Positions 25,110 through 37,900 of a stretch of DNA of 64,000 nucleotides are shown here, in pieces. The translations under genes and the position numbers were made by a program. The notes below the pieces were generated by a model that was not told the origin of the DNA, did not search any database, and saw nothing but the letters and a program-made list of their open reading frames with translations. This stretch comes from Fimicolochytrium jonesii (lineage: Eukaryota). The stretch is taken from contig NW_026515669.1 in the NCBI RefSeq assembly GCF_025526975.1, positions 1,736,001 through 1,800,000 on the forward strand. The letters are read 5' to 3'. Position 1 is the first letter of the stretch. The number at the start of each line of letters is the position of its first letter.

Positions 25110-26549
25110 GTTGGCCGGTGCGTATGCTGAGGGACACCGATAGGAGATCAATGGAGTGGGAATGTGTTATCAGCGAAGCGATCCGAAGGATCAGGTGCGC
25201 TGAGTCAAGAGACACGAACGTACCAGGCCCGAGTTGGAAATCAGAAAATAGAGTTTTTTTTTGTTCAACTGCTTCGTGTTCGACACGAGAACCTTGACGG
25301 TGAGACGGAAGGCTATGTTCCTGTCTCTACACCGCTCGAAACTTTGAAGCACTCTTTTGACGGCGAAAGGCTGAGATGCAGGGTTTTTCTGTGTGGACGG
25401 GAGGGTTGTGTGGAGGGCCGTCTCTTTTCTCTGGGTGGCCGCAGGACGGACGTCCGTCTGGTGTTGGATCTGCTGGGTTTGGAGTTGGAGTTGGATCTCG
25501 CAGGGGGGATGATGATGGAAGAATGATTGACGAGCGATGTCGCCTCTTGTGTTCTCATGGCGACGCGCATGTGTTTTCCCTGCGCTCCCCCGTTGTTGCC
25601 TTTAGGCTTTTCTTTGTGGTGTTTCCCCCACCCTGGGCTTAGAGATCCCCACCACTTCCCTCTCATCATCAACTTTTATTTATATCTTACACTTATATAA
25701 GCTACTTATCTTCATGCCTTAAAACTTCCAGCGTCCCTTTCGCGCGTCCCTTCCTGGGAGAGGCTCTCGGGCGGCGGCTTGGGTGCGAGCGCGCGAGTTT
25801 CGTTATTTCTTTGACTTTTTCGCTCCGGGGGCGCCGCCCACACAAAGGACCACCACTGGCCGCACAAACGGGCCGCACGAGTCACAACTCGCTCAAAGCA
25901 AACTGGGTGGCATCCCAGGTATATATGAGACCGTCGTGTCTAGAGGCTCGTTATTCATCCGCTTTATCGTTGTCTGAAATGTCTGGCCTTGGGGCTTTTT
26001 TACAGTTCTGAATGCAAGCAAGCGACCTCTCAGGCTGAGGGAGAAGTTTGAGGTAGCATCTTACTACCTTCATAGCTCAATCTTCGAAGGGGCGAAAAGG
26101 AGATCCCGCATCCGAATCCGCGGACCCGTCTCAACGGTGAACCGGCGGTACTCTCTCAAGTGTCTCCCGCGTTGACAAGTGTGCCATTTGACGGGATATC
26201 TCCAGTCTTTGGGGCGAAGCATGAGCTGTTTCTTCTGGCCAACTTTTCAAGGATCGCTTCAGGTAGGGTCTACTCACTCACTCCGCTACTTGGATTTGAA
26301 AAGGAGACGAGGGAGGTTCACTAAGATCTTTTTGGGTCGGGCCGGACGCCGTCAATTTTGAGGATCGCCAGAAACCAGACAGACTTCGATTACGACAAAC
26401 CGTTCTGCACCAAAAACGGGCGCATCTGGAGAGTCCGTCCCCTTTAGCTTGGGTAAGGAGCTACTTGGCTCCGAAGTACCTCAAAGCAGGTAGAACGAAA
26501 ACGCTCCCACGTTTGAAACGTTTCCTATTGACCTCATTTCGCCTACAGC

Positions 26550-29062
26550 ATGAAGGTCCTTTTCATGAAGTTCCCGCATATCAGCGGTCTCGGAAAGCAG
26601 CCCTATCTTGCAACGCAGGTCCTCAAATACGAAGACGTTACCGATGCCGACATCGCGTGGCTTCTGGAATCTGTAACGATTCTCTCTGCAACGGACCATG
26701 ATGGGGAAGAGTTGAGAGTCGTTGGTCTGGATACGGAGTTCGACGGGCCGTACCTCGGCTTGATTCAGCTGGCCATCGAGACCCGCTGCCTACTCATCGT
26801 CGTTTCAAAGCCCCCGTTTGCTCACAATAAAAGGAGGCCACTCAATCCAGCTCTTGACAGGTTACTCTCGAATCCCGCAATCCGCAAAACCGGCTGCGAG
26901 CTGACGAAAGATGCCCTACTCCTTCGATCCAACTTTGGTCACGACATCCGCGGCGGCATCGATCTCACCAAGCTCTACAACGAGGAAGCGCCTACGTACA
27001 CCACCAAGGGCCTCTTCCATCTCTTCTCCGACATGTATCTCCCGGAAAGCCTGCCGCTCCGCAATGACAAAGCCACCGCCACATCCCGCTGGGTCGGCGT
27101 ACCTCTCAGGTTCGCACAGCTCTCGTACGGCGCCCTCAACGCCTGGATCTCCTACAAAGTCGGCGTCTACGATCTCCCCGGGATCGCCAAAGCCCCCGTC
27201 CTGGATTTCACCAAAGCCAACAAACAGGTACTCGACATCCTCACGGACCACAACAGCGCCATTCTGGTCGTGGAGGACATGGAGAGGAAGAAGTACGACA
27301 GCAAGTTCAGCACTGTTACCCGGCTCAAGAATGGGCAGTACAGCGTCCTCAATACCCAGTTTCGGAATAAACTTATGTTTGATGACAAAGTCGTCATGTA
27401 CTTGGCGTGTGGCGAGGAGGTTACGGGGACTGTTGTGAAAGGGCCGCATGGGAAGGCGAAGACGGTGATGCCGCATAAGCCTATACAGCCTTCTGAAAAT
27501 GTCAAGAGGATTACAGTGGTGGAGCAGGGAGCGCATCGAGCAGCGGACGAGTGTCTCAAGTATGTGAGACTGACGTTCGGTATCTACTTACGATTTACAA
27601 ACCTGCTTGGTTACCAGGGACCTCTTCCCCAAGCTCGTCCTTTTTGGAGACCTCAGCGTCTCGGACATCCCGTTCTTCAGCATGCTCTTCTTGGGCGATA
27701 CGAGCTTCAAACCGCACGTTGCGCCCAGCATCAAATCGAAAGAACATCTTAATTTTTACGCACTGGCTTGCCAAACCAACACGGCTACCCGTAATGTGGC
27801 CGTCACGCTTATGAAGCGCGGCGTGGAGGATTTCAAGATCATTGTGTCGGACAACTTCTTCGTGAAGGTAACAATTCGTCCATTTGAACTTTCCAGCATC
27901 GTGCGCTCACCCCTTCCTTTGACTGTCGCACAGTGGCACGAGGACCAATACAAATCAATCCAAGACCACGTCATCGAATCCTCCATAGTCAAGAAAGACA
28001 TCCTCGACAAACTCATCGGGCCCCACACAGTAGTCCTGTGCTCCCTCGCCCAACTCTCCAACGAAAAACTGATCGAAGTACTCCAACAACGCAAACTGAC
28101 CCATATCGTCATCGACGAAGCGTCGCAGATCTCCATGGCCGATCTCCCGCATATCCTTGCAACGTACAAGGCGTCATTACAACGCCTCACATTTGTTGGA
28201 GATCCGAAGCAGCTGGCGCCGTTTGGGAGCGAGAACCATCCGTCGGTGCAGAGCGTGTTTGAACGGTTACCCGCTGATGTCATGCTGGACGAACAGTACC
28301 GCATGCCGCATGATCTCGGCTCGTTTATTTCCGCGTACGTGTACGATGGAGTGTTGACCTCACATAAGCAACCGCGGAATGAGTGCAGCGTTGCGTTGAT
28401 TGACGTCGCGAATGGGAAGGAGCAGATGCTGGGGACGGGGTTCATGGTAAGCGCACCGGTAGCTCAGCCTGTTCGCACCATCATCTCCTCAGCTAACCTC
28501 GCTTCATTTCCGCTAGAATCCAAAAGAAGCCGAAACAGTCGTCAAACTCATCCTCTCCCACTACCTCACCACCGACTTCCTTATCATAACCCCCTACGTC
28601 GCCCAAAAAGAACTCATCGCAAACCGTTTCCGCGACCGCATCACCCGCCTCCGCGCCGACCGCAAAACCGACGCAGAACCCACCCTCGCCGACGAGCGCG
28701 TGCATACCGTCGACACTGTGCAGGGACAAGAAGCGGATATCATCGTCTTCAGCGCGGTGCGCACGGCGCGGATGGGGTTTGTTGTCAGTCAGCGACGGAT
28801 GAATGTGGCGCTTACCCGTGCAAAGGACAGGCTGATTGTTGTTGCGAAGGTTTCGTATTTTCGGGATGGTCAGGGGCAGCATAGTCTGTTGGGAGCGTTT
28901 GTGAAGGAGGTGGGCGTTGCGGTGGATTCGAAGATGCTTGATGAGGGGTATAAGCTGGATTTCGCGAGAGAGGAAGATGATGAGGGGCATCAGGGTGAAG
29001 AGGATGGAAGCGAGGGTGATCAGAGTGAGGTTGGGGAAAGTCTGACGGTGAGTGCAAGGTGA
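26550..29062 (+). CDS. Fusion of a DEDDy (RNase D/WRN/EXD-like) 3'-5' exonuclease and a Upf1-like SF1 helicase lacking Walker A
   Basis: ExoI VVGLDTEF, ExoII KTGCELTKD, ExoIII QLSYGALNA. Helicase motifs Ia CQTNTA, II IVIDEASQ, III VGDPKQLAP, LDEQYRMP, ITPYVAQ, V TVDTVQGQEAD and VI RRMNVALTRAK. Introns at 27560-27617, 27868-27933 and 28447-28516. Confidence 0.85.
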
Positions 29063-29635
29063 AGAATCGGACAGGGTTGTGCAGGATTTATCGAGTTTTT
29101 GTTTTTTTCACAGAGCAGCTGAATTATACATGCGTTTTGGGGTAATGAATGAAACGGCGTACCAGAGGCAGATCGTACATGCGCCTTATTCAATGGAGAT
29201 TCACATTCGAAGAGCATCAATCCTTCGATGGCGTACTCGAAAAGCCAGTCGTTATGTTAATCCAGTATTATCAAAGTATGCAGCATGGTCTGTGCCTAGG
29301 AGTACTGTAGATTCAAAGTTTTTGGGGCATATCAGTAATGGCGTAGGATAGTTATTATGATTCCTATTGCAGTGGTTGAGAAGTGAAATAAATGCCTGCT
29401 ATGTTTTTAGGCGAAAAATCGCTAGTCCCTGTCAACCGCTCAACGCGTCACACGGCTGTGACGTGATCGCTTGCTGGACAGAGGGCAACTCGATCGACTG
29501 AGATTTGAGATTTTGCTTTCTGACCAACTTCGACCGAATTTTGCGCACTCGAGAGAGCTGTGTGTTGCCGGCGTCTACATTCGGTTGTTCGGTAGTCCTT
29601 AAGGCGGCCAAGCGCCATCACATCTACTGCGAAAC

Positions 29636-32600
29636 ATGAGTTTCCAAGATGCAATTGCGGCGTTACTGAGACCGACAGAAGTATGCAGCGTCTCCGCCGA
29701 TCTCTTCTACGTGAGCCGTAACCAACAGCGGAAGAGGCGAACGCTCGCTGTTTACAGGAATATTCAGGGTGGGGACGAAGCTGGGTAGGTAGATTGCCCA
29801 GCTTGGACATGTTCAAGCGGAAGATGAGCCGAAATGGTTTCGTTGGTGGGGTTGAATGCCGGCCAGCATGGTCCTTCTCATGCTCTGGGCTTCCCACACA
29901 CCTTTCAGAGTCTTCCTTCTGAAACGAAGAGCCGGAAACACGCCAGCGATATATGACATGATGCCGATATATGCGGACTTTCGGCTGGGAGTGTGTAAGT
30001 CAAAGGGCCGTGGGACAACTGTTGAGCCGTCTGCACGAAAGATACTGACTGTGGACCTGCTCAGCGCAGAGCAAACCGGTGAACCTGGAAGAAGAGGGTC
30101 AAACGGTCACCCGTGCAAGGACTGGTTGGCACATCTTTACCCGTTGAATCCCCGCGGGGCCCTTTTTCTCATGGATTTAGGATGTTCCCACCTTAGGATT
30201 CACGTTGAGACTCTCGTCGGGACCGAAACAGATGGTTCTGGAAACGGCGTCGCTAGAGACACTTCAGTCTGTCCTGGTGGAGTTGAAGAGGTTGATGGCA
30301 GTTGCTCGTGCGTACCGTTGAGTCGTCGGAGAGGGGAAGGAGTTTGGGACCCTATGTTGAAGTTGTCCGCGTTCAGAACAGAGGGGCTATGTCGCCGATG
30401 GAGGAACGCATAACTGGATGCAGCACTATGAGCGGACGCGAAGTAGCGCCGCTGCGGCTTTGAAGCAGGCAGAACTCACTGGTAGGTGCCCATATTGGGT
30501 TGGTCCGAATCTTACCACCCATCATTCATTGGCGTCAATTCCTAAATAATTTTGATAGGCAAAGCGGAGCAGGGTAAAGCAAATAGACGGATCGCATCAT
30601 ATGGAGAGCGGACCGCTGATCAAACCTCCACTGACCTCCAGATCGAACACAATCGAACATGGCCAACCCATTCATCAGCTTCGATAGCTCCGTTACCGGC
30701 GGCAGTGTGAAAGCGATCAAAGAGGGTTGGGTGGCCAAAGAACTTAGGGCTCGGGAAAGCAGATTCGTCGACTTTGATTCCAAACGGTAACTTAGAGTAG
30801 TAGCTAGTGTCGATGGAAGGCCGGGAGTACCTCAACCGTATCCAGCATCTTCGTAGGATCTTGGAATGTGAACGGACAAGCCCCTTCACAGCCACTAAAG
30901 CCCTGGCTGGGTGTGTCTGCTGAAGAGGAGCCATCCATCTACATCCTAGGGTGCGTACAATTGACTACCCTTCTGGAAGCAGTTCTAATCTGCATTGCTT
31001 TCGTAGGTTCCAGGAGCTCGATCTCAATACCGGCGCTTATCTGTATGCTGACACCACGAAGGAGGATGAGTGGTGCAAAAGCATAGAACAGGCATTACGG
31101 ACGAAGAAGACGAACTATATCAAGGTGCGCACGACTTCTTCCATCACGGGTTTTCCTGCGGGTCGAAATCTGATAGCCTAGTCCGCCATCCAGGTCACAT
31201 CGAAACAGCTTGTCGGAATCTTTATAGTTATGTATGTTAGCGAAGCCGAGAAAGGGTTCCTTCGCGAGGTTTCTGCGGAGTACCTTGGTACTGGACTGCT
31301 TGGGATGATGGTAGGACCAAGGACCACGCATCAGAGAGGTTAGAGTCAACTGGAAAGTTATTTACTGATGCCTCGCCTTTCACAGGGAAACAAAGGAGCA
31401 GCAGCCATTCGATTCCGCTTTCACGACACGTACATTTGTTGTGTCAACTCCCATCTCGCCGCAGATGCCAGCATGGTAGATCGGCGTAATCAGGATTACC
31501 AGGAAATCTGCCGCCGAGTTGTATTCCCTTTACCGTCTTTGTATGACGATTTCACTGCCTACGCACACGCAAATCCCTGGGTGGCGAGCTTTTATGATGC
31601 GCGCCAATCTGCGTTGGCGACCATCAGTGAGCAAGCGGGGAAAAACATTGCCACGATATTCGATGCAGAGTAAGTACGACTGCCTGCTTTCATGCCCATG
31701 TGTAGGGCACGGATGTAGGTCGCTCATTTCTTACGCGCGTGCACAGTCATTTGTTCTTCTTTGGGGATCTAAACTATCGCGTCTCACTTCCTGATACGGA
31801 TGTGAAGGCTATTATCAACAAGGGGGATGTAACGCAGCTGCTCAAATTCGATCAAGTACGTTGCAGCTCGCGACAGAATAGGAATCGAAAGTGTTTTAGA
31901 TGCTGAGGACTCTGGCCCTGTTTGTAGTTACTCATCGAGCAGCGAGCGAAACGAGCATTCCAAGACTTTAAGGAGGCACCCATTACTTTCGTTCCCACTT
32001 TCAAGTACGACATTGGGACAAATACCTTTGACACGAGGTGAACATATGCTGTCTCCATCTTCAACACCGTCGTGCCGTACTCAATTCCTTCGATGGCTCT
32101 GACTTCTAAAGTGAGAAAAAGCGTACACCATCGTTCTGCGACCGAATTCTATGGTTCGAGAACCCATTGCATGCCGAAGACCCAGCGTGGCTGACGGCCA
32201 AGTGGTATCGAAGCGGCATGGACATGACGTTGAGTGATCATAAGCCGATCATGGGTCTCTTTGAAGCCAAGGTCGGTTCAAGCTATATTGATTTGGTTGA
32301 TGAATCTGGGCCAATGTGAACGTTTCATACGCTAGGTTCGGAAGATCGACGCAGACAAATTGACGCATGTGCATGAGGAGATCCTGCGAGAGCTTGACAA
32401 GTTCGAGAACGAGTCGCTTCCAGACTTGGCCGTGTCTACAAACATACTGGAGTTTGGCGATATCCGGTATAATGTGCCGGTGACCAAGTCCATAACGGTT
32501 GAAAATAAGGGACAGGTATGTGCGGCGGGATATGTCCAACGCCGTTGGGGTTGCAAGCTTGCTGATTGGCCAACTCGTTGGATCTTCAAAGGTTATTGCC

Positions 32601-34367
32601 CAATACCGATTTGTGCCGAAGCCAGATGAGGAACACATCAGCAGGCCTTGGTGTTACGTCAACCCACCAGCAAGCATGCTTCTCCCAGGTACGATTCGTC
32701 ATCGCTGCCCGCATTAGACGCTTGAAATACCTAAAGCTTCGATCGAACGCAGGCGATCAGGTCAAGATCAACGTCACAATTCTGGTAGACCAACACACCG
32801 CCCCAGCCCTCAACTCCCTACAAGATACCCTCGACGACATTCTGATCCTCCACACCGAGAACAGCAAGGACCACTTCATGTCCGTCTCCGCGAACTGGCT
32901 ACCCAGCTGCTTCGGAACCAAAATCGAAGCCCTCTGCAAATTCATCAAGCCCGTCAGGGAATGGTCCATCGCGGAGCGGAAGACTGTGTTCCTTTCTCCG
33001 ACGGTTTTGGGTGGTGCTGGGGACGACGGAGGCTTTGCGGAGTCGGCCGGCGCGGCCAATGATGATGGGCTTAGTCCGAATCCACCGGTGCCGGATGCTG
33101 ATAATCGTTACAGCATTCCGTACCAGTTGTGGAGGTTGATTGACTTCCTGTTTCGTTACGGGATGGACGTGGTATGTTGGGTCGCAATTCAGGCTCGCTA
33201 GAAACATCGTTTCTAAGAAGCTCTTATTCCAGGACAACATCTTCACATCAGGCGGCGACCCGTCCATCGAGGAGTATATCCGCGAATGTCTGGATGTCGG
33301 CGTCGAGTTCGACGTACCGTTACTCCTCCTCGATCCCACCACAGACCCTCATGACTCTGTAGACGACGACCCGGACGACGAGGACGAACATGAGGACGAC
33401 ACCAGCACGACAGGGAGTCGGTCACGTCGCCCTTCGGCGGCCGGCGGCTCGAGCGGTGCTCGTACACCAGCCGACAAGCGTGACAGCATTCACCTGGACA
33501 TCGAAAAGCTGTTGAAGGATATACCGGGCGCCAAATCTGATACACTCCTGGGTCTCGCGTCTACCGCGAATCTGAGCGCCGCGACGGAAACGGTCCCACT
33601 GCCTCGGACACATGGGCGCGCGGTGTCCGTGTACTCCATGGCTGAAACCTTGATTAAGTTTCTCGACAGTTTGGAGGAATCTGTCGTCCCGAGCTCCATG
33701 TCGTTGAGGTGTACCCAAGAGGGATACTTGACGTTTGTGGCGGCGAGACAGACGGTGCAGAGGCTGCCGAATGCGAACTACAATGTCTTCAAGTACATTG
33801 TGAGGTTTTTGAGAGCGGTGGTGGAGAATTATAGGGGGAGAGGAGAGCTTGATGTGGAGCGATTAGGTGGGTTCAAAAAGCCCGTGTCTCGCAAATCTTT
33901 GAGTTGAGAATTCTAACAGATGTTACTCCCATACAGCGGACATATTCGGCCCAATCCTATTACGGCTCCCAACCTTCACGGAAGGTGGCGACAGCGGAGG
34001 TCTCGGAATGCACCACGCCAACGCCAGCAACGTCTCCGTCCAATCCGTCAGCAGCCTGGCCTCCACCAACCCGCGCACATCCTCCCTCGTCAGCTCCAAC
34101 GTCAAGTACGCCACAACCGGCAGAAGCCAACCCGTCACGGGGGGCAGACCGATGCCGGGCGGAGGGACGGGCACAGCCGGGTTGGCGCATGATTCAGCCG
34201 CAGCGAACCTGGCGAGGGTCGCGGCTGCGAATGTCAGTACGGGGAGCCTGTCGGGCCGCCCCGGTGCGCAACAGCAGCTGGGCAGTTCGCAGGAAGAGGT
34301 GTTGAATCGCAAGAGAAGGATGTTTTTGATGCATTTTTTGGAGCCGGAGAATCCGGACCTTCCATGA
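29636..34367 (+). CDS. Inositol polyphosphate 5-phosphatase, OCRL/INPP5B type (5-phosphatase, ASH and RhoGAP-like domains)
   Basis: SWNVNG, GFQELDL, GNKGAAAIR, VNSHLAA, FFFGDLNYR, PTFKYD, PSFCDRILW and SDHKP. Also ELDKFENESLP, an ASH-like region (LDDILILHTENSKDHF) and a RhoGAP-like region (SIPYQLWRLIDFL). Many introns; the 5' exons are inferred. Confidence 0.9.
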
Positions 34368-34903
34368 TGCAGGTTTTCGTAGAGCACAATCAATTATCAG
34401 CGTAAAACGTACACATGCCATGCCGTCAACCCTATCAATATTTTCATATTCATACACTACTACTAAGGCATTAGTATCACAATATCATGGTGTAATCGAC
34501 TCTAGTCTGGATTCGTCAACGCTAGAGGTTGCAACTTGCCAGAGGTCGCCAGACGGAACGCGTTCAACGGTCGCGTTGAAACGACTCGGACATGACCAAG
34601 CAGTGGCAAGCACCCCTGGTCGTCCGCCACGTTTGCGAAACTGCGCTTCGGTTCACAACTTGCGGCTGGATGGAGATCAGGAGCATTATATGAAAGTGCC
34701 TCGTAGGTGTGTTAAGTATATGACGAAAACCGTGCAACAACGATGGGCTCGATCGGCCGTCCATCGGATCTCGGGTCCGAAGGCCGCCACCGCTTATTGG
34801 TGAGCGGCGCGTCAAGAGAGTCCGCTATGACAATATTGAATAGAGTCCGCGGACTGCGTTTTGGCAAATAACAACTGTCAACCGTCAACCATAAACGCAG
34901 GTC

Positions 34904-37900
34904 ATGTCGACCGTCAATGAAGGCGGCTTGAAGAAGCGTACATAAAGTTCGCAGGCCTCAGGGTAGTTTTCATCCCTAGACTCTTAGACCGTTCCACAAT
35001 GGTGCTCGGTTTCGGAAACATCGAAGGAGCTGGGCTCGAGGCCCGAAAACTATCCGTCTTCCAGTCCAACTGGAGGGGCAAGGAGAAACAAGCCGAAACG
35101 AAGTCCATCTTGCGCAATGTCACGCTTTCGGTACCGCAGGGCAATATCATGGCCATCATGGGGGGTAGTGGAAGTGGGAAAACCACCCTCCTAAACGCCC
35201 TCTGCGGTCGGTTGAACACCGGGCAAGTGTCCGGCGAGGTGACGATGGACTCCGTGCCGGCCAGAACCTATATCGCCAGCGGCCGAGTAGCATACGTTCA
35301 GCAAAGCGATCAGCTCCTGCCGTACCTGACTGTTCGAGAGACCCTCCGCTATGCCGCCCGTTTACGGCTTCCGAGAGATATGCCAAAAGCGGAGAAATTT
35401 GAGCTGGTGGAGAACGTTATTGCCGAATTGGGGCTGAAGGAATGTGCGGATACGATCATTGGAAATGATCGGAGGAAAGGATGCAGTGGCGGAGAGAAGA
35501 GACGAGTGTCGGTTGGAGTGCAGCTTTTGCTGAACCCTAGTATGATTTTCTTGGATGAGGTTAGATCTGCGAATCGGTGTCTCATCACGTCGTCGAAACT
35601 GATTCTAATCCCCAACATCTTGTCAGCCGACAACCGGACTTGATGCGTTCACGTCGCTTTCATTGATCCAAACTCTTGTCGAGTTGGCACGGAAAGGGAG
35701 AACGGTATGTTACAGTACTGATTTTTCGATGTCATATTCCGGAGCTTCGCAACTGACTGCACCCGCTAACTTAGATCTGCGTTTCTATCCATCAACCACG
35801 GAGTGACATCTTCGAGCTCTTCGACAACATTGTTCTCCTCTCGCGCGGAGATTTAGTCTACTCGGGTCCGAGGAGCTCAGTTCTGAGCTACTTCGAAAGT
35901 CTTTCGTACAACGTGCCGGAGCACATGAACCCAGCAGATTACCTGATCGATGTGTCGAGCGTAGACAACCGGGACACCGAAGCAGAGGAGAAGTCGAAGG
36001 CGAAGTTGAAGACTCTTGTCGACGCTTGGGTGTTCCGCAGCCACACGGCCATCGAGGACAGGGTGGGGCCCGTTGGGGGAATCGAGATGGCACAACTTGA
36101 CGGCGATGGGAGGGCCCTGCTGGCAGCGGACAGGAAGCAACCCTCGACGTGCGGGTTTGAACACGGGGCCGCTCAAAAGATTGGGGCATCACCGGTGCAG
36201 CAGACGATCGTGATTGCCGAGCGCACATTCAAGAACTTGCTTCAGGACCGTCTGACTTTCTGGGGCTCGGTCTTGGAGGTGCTCTTGTTGGCTGGAGCGG
36301 TCGGTCTGATCTTCTTGCGTCTCGACGAGACGCAGAGCGGGATTTTAGGCAGAAAGAGTGCATTATACATCACCGCCTCCGTGCAGAATTACCTCGGACT
36401 CATGTTCATGATCTACAAGCTCAGTCAGGAGATGCAAGTCTTCGATCGCGAGCGGAAGGACAAGATGTACTCGGTTGTCCCGTACCTCGTGGGATGGCTC
36501 ATCGCCAATTTCCTGCTGTATGCTGCGCTGGCGGTGCTGTTTTCATGCATCATCTACTTCATGATCGGATTGAGGACGGACTCGAGCTTCCACTTTGGCG
36601 TCTTTGTTGGAGCGAACGTTTTGATGCAGTTTGTCACCATCGGCTGGGCCTACTTCTGCATTTCATGGGCTCGAGGTTTCGCGACAGCTTCTCTGATCGG
36701 AAACTCGTTTTTCACGTTCCTTTCGACGTCAAGTGGATTTTTCATCCAAGTTGATCAGATTCCCATTTACCTCCGATGGTTTAAATGGATCAGGTAAGAG
36801 AGACGGGACTCAGTATCCTACCAACTCTTTTTCCACTGACTTTTATCCACTTCTTACTTCTATCCGTTCGACGTTTATCAGCTATATCACCTACGGCTTC
36901 CGCCTTCTCTCCACCAACGAGTTCTCCGACAAATCCTACGCATGCCCGGATGTCTCTCCAACCAACGGTCGAGACGACCCTCGTTGCCAAGGCAATGTCA
37001 TTCTGCAAACCCTGGGCTTCGGGACAGATGACTACTCGTTTCCCATTGTCGCCCTCGTTATCAACTACTTCGTCTTAATGATCCTCACGGGCCTCATCCT
37101 CCACCTGAAGCCCTACGGAGGAATCACGCACGCTGCTTCCGTCAAGACAAAGACCGAGAAGAAGATCTCAAACTTGGACGTGGAGGGCCAGACACCGGCG
37201 TCCGAGTCGTCCGTACCACGCATCAACATCACCCTCGACAACGTCTCCCTCTACCTCACCAAGAAGAGTCCTCTCTCAAAAGCCTCGTCTACCTCCATAA
37301 CCATCCTCGACGGCGTCTCCGCATCGTTCCAAGCCGGGCATCTCTCTATCATCCTTGGTGCGTCCGGCGCAGGCAAATCCAGCCTGCTCAACATCCTCAT
37401 GGCCCGCGGCCTCCCCACCGGCGCCTTCCTCAAAACGACGCAAACCGGGCGTATCCTCTACAAAGGCATGGAGATTATGCAGCCTGCGCAAGTGGCGTCG
37501 CTGTGCTCATTGGTGGTGCAAGACGATCATCATTTGTTGCCGGGGTTGACGGCGAGGGAGACGCTGAGGTACTCGGCGCTGTTGAGGCTGCCGAAGGAGA
37601 TGTCGAAGCCGGAGAAGTTGATGAGGGCTGATAAGGTGTTGTTGGAGCTGGGGTTGAAGGATTGTGCGGATCGGTTGGTTGGGGGGGAGGGGATTGCGAA
37701 GGTATGTGCTGTTTCTGGTGTTGGATCATCATGGTTGAGTGCTTTAGGCGGTTGAGCGTGTCGTTGACTGTTCGTGTTGTGCAGGGACTCAGCGGCGGTG
37801 AGAAGCGGCGTCTTTCCATTGGAGTGCAGATGTTGACCAACCCGGCCGTTCTCATCATTGATGGTACGTTGCAGGTGTTGTCATTTCTCTTGTTAGCATT

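Noticed and set aside
25313..25672. 119-aa ORF as the first CYC8 exon
   Set aside because: It ends in a stop with no suitable donor in frame. The ATG at 25109 after a 5' UTR intron explains the gene, although a uORF role is untested.
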